Below, in pieces: positions 58,847 to 64,000 of a stretch of DNA of 64,000 nt. The position numbers and the translations under genes are program-made. The DNA lies in NCBI GenBank assembly GCA_965602015.1, contig OZ271918.1, positions 2,464,001-2,528,000 of the forward strand. The letters are read 5' to 3'. Below the pieces are notes generated by a model. The model had not been told where the DNA came from. It worked only from the letters and a program-made list of their open reading frames with translations, and ran no database searches. The stretch is from Salinispira sp. (GTDB lineage: Bacteria; Spirochaetota; Spirochaetia; DSM-27196; Salinispiraceae). Every line of letters starts with the position of its first letter. The stretch's first letter is position 1.

Positions 58847-59363
58847 GTATACCCTCCCTGTCGAGGAGCGCCGCCATTTTTTCTCGTGCGCGGAATGCCC
58901 GCACTTTTACATTGGCTTCCGTAATATTCAAAATCTTGCCGATTTCCCGATAACTCAATTCACCGTATTCCTTCAAAATAAGCACCGCCCGGAACTTCTC
59001 CGGAATCTGATTCAATGCCCGTTGAACCGCGTGAAAGGCCTCTTCCTTGAGGATGAGATCTTCTCCTGATTCGACCTTGCGCTTCGGCTCATACAGGGCC
59101 CGCTCATAGGCTTTCCGCTCGCGGCCTTTGCGTTTGGCGTGGTTCAGGGCCATGTTTTTCACGACCCGGATGAGCCAGTACTTCGCCTGATTCTGGTCGG
59201 GCAGCTGATCCAGCCGCTCGTACAGTTTGATATAGGCGTCGTGACACAGCTCTTCCGCCACTTCCATATCCGTCGTTACTCGGAAAGCGATTCTGATGAG
59301 TATGGGAAAGGTTTCCGTATACACATCATTGAACAGTTGTATGCGTTCTTCACTCCAATTCAT
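58833..59363 (-). CDS. ECF RNA polymerase sigma factor
   Basis: AEEL.HD.YIK, WLIRV.KN.ALN, region 4 LSYREI..IL.ITEANVK.R.FRAR. Confidence 0.92.
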   Translation of the reverse strand: MNWSEERIQLFNDVYTETFPILIRIAFRVTTDMEVAEELCHDAYIKLYERLDQLPDQNQAKYWLIRVVKNMALNHAKRKGRERKAYERALYEPKRKVESGEDLILKEEAFHAVQRALNQIPEKFRAVLILKEYGELSYREIGKILNITEANVKVRAFRAREKMAALLDREGIHVPE

Positions 59364-59387
59364 TAAACAAGAGGTCCCGGTTATTCG

Positions 59388-60842
59388 TTACAGATTTTTC
59401 TTCCAGCTGGTGCCTTCCGGCGTGTCGATCAGGGTTATTCCCTGAGCGGCCAGCTGATCGCGGATTTCATCGGCCCGTGCGAAGTTCTTCGCCTCCCGAG
59501 CCGAGTTCCGCTCGTCAATAAGCGTCTGGATGTCCTGATTGAGCTCCCGTACATCCGGCGCTGAAATAGCGTCCAGATCGAGACCGAGCACCATGTCCAT
59601 CATGTGCAAGACAATCCGCTGCTCCGCAGGTTCCACTTTATTATTTTTTACCAGCCCCCAGAGCTGAGCCAGGGCGGCGGGAGTATTAAGATCATCGGCC
59701 AGGGCATCGAGGAAAGCGTCCCAGATTTTCCCTGCCTCGGCGCTTAGCCCGGCGCCATCGTCCAGAGCCTCTTCCACCCGCTTTTTGAGCTTATCATTAA
59801 ACGGGGGCAGCTCGGCCACCCGGTCGCTGAGCTTCTGGCGGGCGGTTTTTGCCGCTTCCATGGTTTCATCGCTGAAATTAAGCTGGGTACGGTAATTCGC
59901 CCCGAGAACGAAGTAGCGGTAATCCAGGGGGTGAAAACCCATTTCCTCCAGGGAGCTCAGGGTGAGAAAGCCTCCCTTCGATTTGCTCATCTTCTCGCGG
60001 TTCAGGAGGAGAAATGCCGAGTGAAACCAGAATTTCACCCAGGGTTTTTTGCCGATTGCCGCCTCGCTCTGGGCTATTTCATTGGTATGGTGAACAGGTA
60101 TGTGGTCGGTGCCGCCGCAGTGAATTTCAAACTGGTCGCCCAGATACTTACGGCTCATGGCGGAACACTCGATGTGCCAACCGGGATATCCCGCACCGAA
60201 GGGGCTCTCCCAGATCATCGCCTGATTTTCAAATTTTGACTTGGTAAACCACAGGGCAAAGTCATAAGGGCTGTGCTTTCCGCCGTCCACGTCGACCCGG
60301 GCCCCCGCCTGCTGATCCTCCAGGCTCAGTTTGGCCATTTTCCCGTAGTCTTCGAATTTGGCGATGTCGAAATAGACATTTCCGCCGGCCTGATAGGCAT
60401 AACCCTTCTCTTTCAGGGTATGCACCATGTCGAGCATGTCGTCTATGTGGTCGGTTGCCTTGCAGACCACTTCGGGCTTTTGGATGTTGAGCTTTTGGGA
60501 ATCGGAGAAAAACGCGTTGGTATAGCCTTCCGCGATATCCCAGACACTCCGGTCCTGTTCCCGGGCGCTTTTTACCATTTTATCTTCGCCGTCATCGTTG
60601 TCGCCGGTGAGATGCCCCACATCGGTGACATTCATGACGTGTTTTAAGGAGTATCCGAACAGCAGGATGGTCCGACGCAGCACATCTTCCACAATATAGG
60701 TCTTAAGGTTTCCGATATGGGCGAAGTTGTAGACCGTCGGTCCGCAGGCATACATTCCGATGTGTTCCCCGGTCTGAACGAGATCTTCCTTAGACCGGGA
60801 AGCGGTGTTGTAAAGCTTGAGTATTCTTTTCTGAGAAGCCAC
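59388..60842 (-). CDS. cysS: Cysteine--tRNA ligase
   Basis: [44 protein letters not shown]. Confidence 0.97.
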   Translation of the reverse strand: MASQKRILKLYNTASRSKEDLVQTGEHIGMYACGPTVYNFAHIGNLKTYIVEDVLRRTILLFGYSLKHVMNVTDVGHLTGDNDDGEDKMVKSAREQDRSVWDIAEGYTNAFFSDSQKLNIQKPEVVCKATDHIDDMLDMVHTLKEKGYAYQAGGNVYFDIAKFEDYGKMAKLSLEDQQAGARVDVDGGKHSPYDFALWFTKSKFENQAMIWESPFGAGYPGWHIECSAMSRKYLGDQFEIHCGGTDHIPVHHTNEIAQSEAAIGKKPWVKFWFHSAFLLLNREKMSKSKGGFLTLSSLEEMGFHPLDYRYFVLGANYRTQLNFSDETMEAAKTARQKLSDRVAELPPFNDKLKKRVEEALDDGAGLSAEAGKIWDAFLDALADDLNTPAALAQLWGLVKNNKVEPAEQRIVLHMMDMVLGLDLDAISAPDVRELNQDIQTLIDERNSAREAKNFARADEIRDQLAAQGITLIDTPEGTSWKKNL

Positions 60843-60877
60843 TTTTGTAATCCCCCACCCGCGGGTATACTGCGGTA

Positions 60878-61804
60878 GTGGATACCATATTGCATCAAAT
60901 AAAAAATATCAACATTGAGGGAAAGCTTGAATTTAACTCGCCCCTGGCGGAACTGACCACATTTAAGGTTGGGGGGCCCGCGGATATTCTGGCGGTTCCG
61001 GCAAGCGAGGCGGATACTCTCTCCCTTATTTCATGGGCCGAGGAATCGCGGACCCCCTGGATGATTCTCGGCGGAGGCGCCAACGTCCTGGTTTCCGATC
61101 AGGGGATACGGGGTCTTGTCATACTGAGCTCGGGTCTCAACGGTATCCGATTGGAGAAAAACCTGTTGGTGGCGGGTCCCGGCTCGGCGATCAGCGACGT
61201 TTCGGCCTTTGCGGCGGACCACAACCTTGCAGGCCTGGAGTTCATATATTCCATGCCCGGCTCCACCGGCGGTGCGGTATGGATGAACGCCCGATGCTAC
61301 GGCGGGGAGATCTCAGAAATACTCGCCTGGGTGGATTACATCGAAGTTGACGGCGCCGGCGGTGCCCTGCGGCAAAGGCTTGTTCCCGGCGACGGGGATT
61401 TTGCCTATAAAATCAGTCCTTTTCAGGCCAGGCGGCGCATTATTCTCGATAGCGCCTATAATTTACAAGATGGGAACTCCCGGCAGCTCTGGAAAACCAT
61501 GAAGGAATTCCAGGCAGACCGGCAATCAAAGGGCCATTTTGCCGCGCCCTGCGCCGGATCGGTGTTCAAGAACAACCGGGCCTTCGGTGCGCCGTCGGGT
61601 CAAATCATCGACAGTCTGGGAATGCGCGGCACGGTAATCGGCGGAGCCAAAATCAGCGATCAGCACGCGAATATTATCATCAACCGGGGAAACGCCTCCG
61701 CCCGGGACATATCCGATCTTATGGACCTCATGCAGCAGCGGGTGATAGATGAACTCGGGTTCGACCTGGAGCCCGAAGTCCTGCGAATCGGCCAATGGGA
61801 TTAG
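60878..61804 (+). CDS. murB: UDP-N-acetylenolpyruvoylglucosamine reductase
   Basis: TTFKVGGPA, GGGANVLVSD.G, PGS.GGAV.MNA, AGSVFKN, HAN.IIN.G.A, LEPEV. Confidence 0.95.
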   Translation: MDTILHQIKNINIEGKLEFNSPLAELTTFKVGGPADILAVPASEADTLSLISWAEESRTPWMILGGGANVLVSDQGIRGLVILSSGLNGIRLEKNLLVAGPGSAISDVSAFAADHNLAGLEFIYSMPGSTGGAVWMNARCYGGEISEILAWVDYIEVDGAGGALRQRLVPGDGDFAYKISPFQARRRIILDSAYNLQDGNSRQLWKTMKEFQADRQSKGHFAAPCAGSVFKNNRAFGAPSGQIIDSLGMRGTVIGGAKISDQHANIIINRGNASARDISDLMDLMQQRVIDELGFDLEPEVLRIGQWD

Positions 61805-61834
61805 TCGCCGCTATAGCGGCATTCAGGAGCAGCC

Positions 61835-63178
61835 ATGGGAAGCATTGAAAACATCCGTCAGCATATAGATCTCATGGACAGGGACAGCATCAAAGAGGAA
61901 CTGGATCAGCTGTCGGTCAGCGAGCTCATCGATTTGTATCAGGAATTGCGGGACGATGAATCGGTGGAAATTTTCCTCATGATGTCCCTTGAAAGCAAGG
62001 TCGAACTCATCACCCACCTCTCCGAGGGCGAACAGGAATGGCTGCTCCGGAGTCTCAGCCTCGAAAAAATGCGGGAAGTGCTCATAGAAATTGAACCGGA
62101 CGATTTAGCCGACATCCTTCAGGCTGTGAGCCCCGAGGTCAGAAGTTCGGTGTGGAATTCCCTGTCGGATGAAGCGAGAAGAGAAACACAGTTCCTGTTG
62201 AAATTCGACAGCGACGACGCGGCGGGCCTCATGACCCCCAGGTACATCGCACTGCGCAGCAATATCACCATTGCCCAGGCGATTCAGTTCATCCGCCGGG
62301 GCGTGGAGGATATCGAGACCATCTATTACGTATACGTGGTGGACCGCCTTCAGCGCCTTCAGGGAGTAATCTCGCTGCGGGAGATACTCTTCTCAAACAA
62401 CGATGAAATTATCGGCAACAAAATGAGCACCAACGTGATTACGGTTCCCGAGGAAACCGACCAGGAAGACGTCGCGAAAATAATGGAGGACTACGACTTT
62501 CTGGCGCTTCCCGTTGTGGATCGATACAACCGGCTGCTCGGTATTATCACCTTCGACGACATCATCGATGTAATCCGGGAGGAACAGACCGAGGATATCT
62601 ACAAGATGGGTGCCATGGAAGGTTCAAGCGACGTCTATCTCGAAACGGGAATCGGCCGCCTGCTAAAAAAGCGCATCCCCTGGCTTATACTGCTCCTTCT
62701 TACCGGGACGATTACCACCAATGTGCTCGCCCTCACCGACGACATCCTTTCGGCGGCGGCTTTTCTGGTGCTCTTTATTCCCGTCATAACCCAGACCGGA
62801 GGCAACAGCGGCACCCAAAGCTCAACCCTGATGATCCGCGGGATCGCCATGGGCAATATCGATTTCAGGGATATCGGCAAGGTTGTAGTGAAAGAAATAC
62901 TGGTGGGAATAATCATGGGCCTGATACTCGGGGCCGTCATAATTTTGCGGTCGGTTTTCCTGCCCCCGGGGATTCAATGGTTCGAGGGGGCGGTTATCGG
63001 CCTGAGCCTGATTTTTGTGGTGATGTTTTCCACGGTAATCGGCGCCATCGCGCCGCTGCTTATTCACCGATTCGGTTGGGACCCCACGGTCATTGCCGGG
63101 CCCCTCATGTCGACATTCATTGACGTTACCGGGCTGACGATCTACACCTTCACCGCAAAGGTCATGCTCGGTCTTTGA
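61835..63178 (+). CDS. mgtE: Magnesium transporter MgtE
   Basis: AAGLMTP, CBS pair, R.PWL, GGNSGTQSST, DP.V.AGP..ST.IDV.G. Confidence 0.95.
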   Translation: MGSIENIRQHIDLMDRDSIKEELDQLSVSELIDLYQELRDDESVEIFLMMSLESKVELITHLSEGEQEWLLRSLSLEKMREVLIEIEPDDLADILQAVSPEVRSSVWNSLSDEARRETQFLLKFDSDDAAGLMTPRYIALRSNITIAQAIQFIRRGVEDIETIYYVYVVDRLQRLQGVISLREILFSNNDEIIGNKMSTNVITVPEETDQEDVAKIMEDYDFLALPVVDRYNRLLGIITFDDIIDVIREEQTEDIYKMGAMEGSSDVYLETGIGRLLKKRIPWLILLLLTGTITTNVLALTDDILSAAAFLVLFIPVITQTGGNSGTQSSTLMIRGIAMGNIDFRDIGKVVVKEILVGIIMGLILGAVIILRSVFLPPGIQWFEGAVIGLSLIFVVMFSTVIGAIAPLLIHRFGWDPTVIAGPLMSTFIDVTGLTIYTFTAKVMLGL

Positions 63179-64000
63179 CGATTATTTCCTTGTCATTAAA
63201 AAACGTCGCGTAGAGTGTATCGGTCTTCATTATGTGATTCATCACCCAGTCCTGGAGAAAATCCAGAACTTCATTGCTCAATACCGAGCGGCCCTCCTCC
63301 AATTCATCGTAGAGGGCACGGGCTTTTTTCAACAGCGCCCGGTGTTGCTCTATGTGCTCCTTCGCATCAGGGTAATTGTACCGCGCGAAATTCTCTTCTT
63401 CGCTTGCAAAATGATAGTCCGTGTAGTCGATGAGCTCCTTGAGGGTCTTTTGGGTCTGCTGAGCGCCCTTGCCCATCTCCATCTCTTCATAGAGTTTTTG
63501 CACCAGCTGAATAAGCTTTTTGTGATGTCCGTCGAATTCATCTACCTTCACGCTGAACCGTTCGTTCCAGCTGATAAACTGGTCGTATCCCATAGTCATC
63601 AATATCTGAACAATCTCTCCGGAAATTCCGCTTAACTCGGTGAACAGGTCGTCGGCAGAGTGAGCGTCGCGGGTTTCGACCGCCGTAATTATTTCAGCAA
63701 CTTTTTGGTGAAGTTTTCCCTGAAGATTCTCAAGAAGCCTGAGCTTTGCAGCCGGCAGGGACTTGTGGCTGGTACCCGAGCTCAGCCATTTGCCCAATTC
63801 GCCTTGCGATGCATCAGTGAGATTCACATCCGAAGCATTTATGGTGCCGTCGATTACCGCCCGAGCGGTGGCTACCCAGTTTATATGGGAGAGGATGAGA
63901 TTCGAGAAGAACAGCCGGTTTGAGATGCCTCCGTCATCGGCGCTTGCCAATCCGCTGAACTGAAAGGTTTTTATCATTTCCACCATTGATTCGAACATGC
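63162..64000 (-). CDS. CZB-like plus bacteriohemerythrin domains, probably the C-terminal part of a chemoreceptor starting beyond the window
   Basis: HINW...ELGKW...LH (CZB-like) followed by W...FSV.V.EFD.HHK.L...HF..EE...H..QH...HI...D (hemerythrin). The 5' end is at the window edge. Confidence 0.8.
   Translation of the reverse strand, partial: MFESMVEMIKTFQFSGLASADDGGISNRLFFSNLILSHINWVATARAVIDGTINASDVNLTDASQGELGKWLSSGTSHKSLPAAKLRLLENLQGKLHQKVAEIITAVETRDAHSADDLFTELSGISGEIVQILMTMGYDQFISWNERFSVKVDEFDGHHKKLIQLVQKLYEEMEMGKGAQQTQKTLKELIDYTDYHFASEEENFARYNYPDAKEHIEQHRALLKKARALYDELEEGRSVLSNEVLDFLQDWVMNHIMKTDTLYATFFNDKEIIVKDRA

Noticed and set aside
1..64000. tRNA, rRNA or cas genes
   Set aside because: None recognisable; intergenic gaps are short and all long ORFs have other assignments or are exported/membrane hypotheticals.

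Overview
Bacterial chromosomal window, most consistent with a free-living spirochaete (inferred from gene content and order: eukaryote-like IleRS2, lolCDE-ftsY, rnf-like operon with GH57, cysS/murB with an ECF sigma). Most of it is housekeeping: mcsB/mcsA, lolCDE, ftsY, frameshifted prfB, a divergent rnfCDGEA operon lacking rnfB, pcnB, pabB/pabC, hisS, hrpA, aroB, hisF/hisH, ileS, valS, glyA, cysS, murB and mgtE. Two accessory spots stand out. (1) An AT-richer islet at about 29254-31920 holds a DUF433/DUF5615(PIN) toxin-antitoxin pair. It is followed after 8 nt by a cas-less, leader-less mini-array of three type I-C-like CRISPR repeats with two 34-35 nt spacers, then an intact IS256 with an 8-bp target duplication. 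(2) An ABC-F gene has a uORF/attenuator-like leader and is followed by two HExxH metallopeptidase lipoproteins, the first cleanly split by an IS3-family (IS51/IS629-like) element. The TA plus mini-CRISPR unit is the best candidate for an undescribed system. The cofactor-motif-less Rnf module and the ABC-F attenuator come next. All calls are by-eye motif recognition; no database searches were run.
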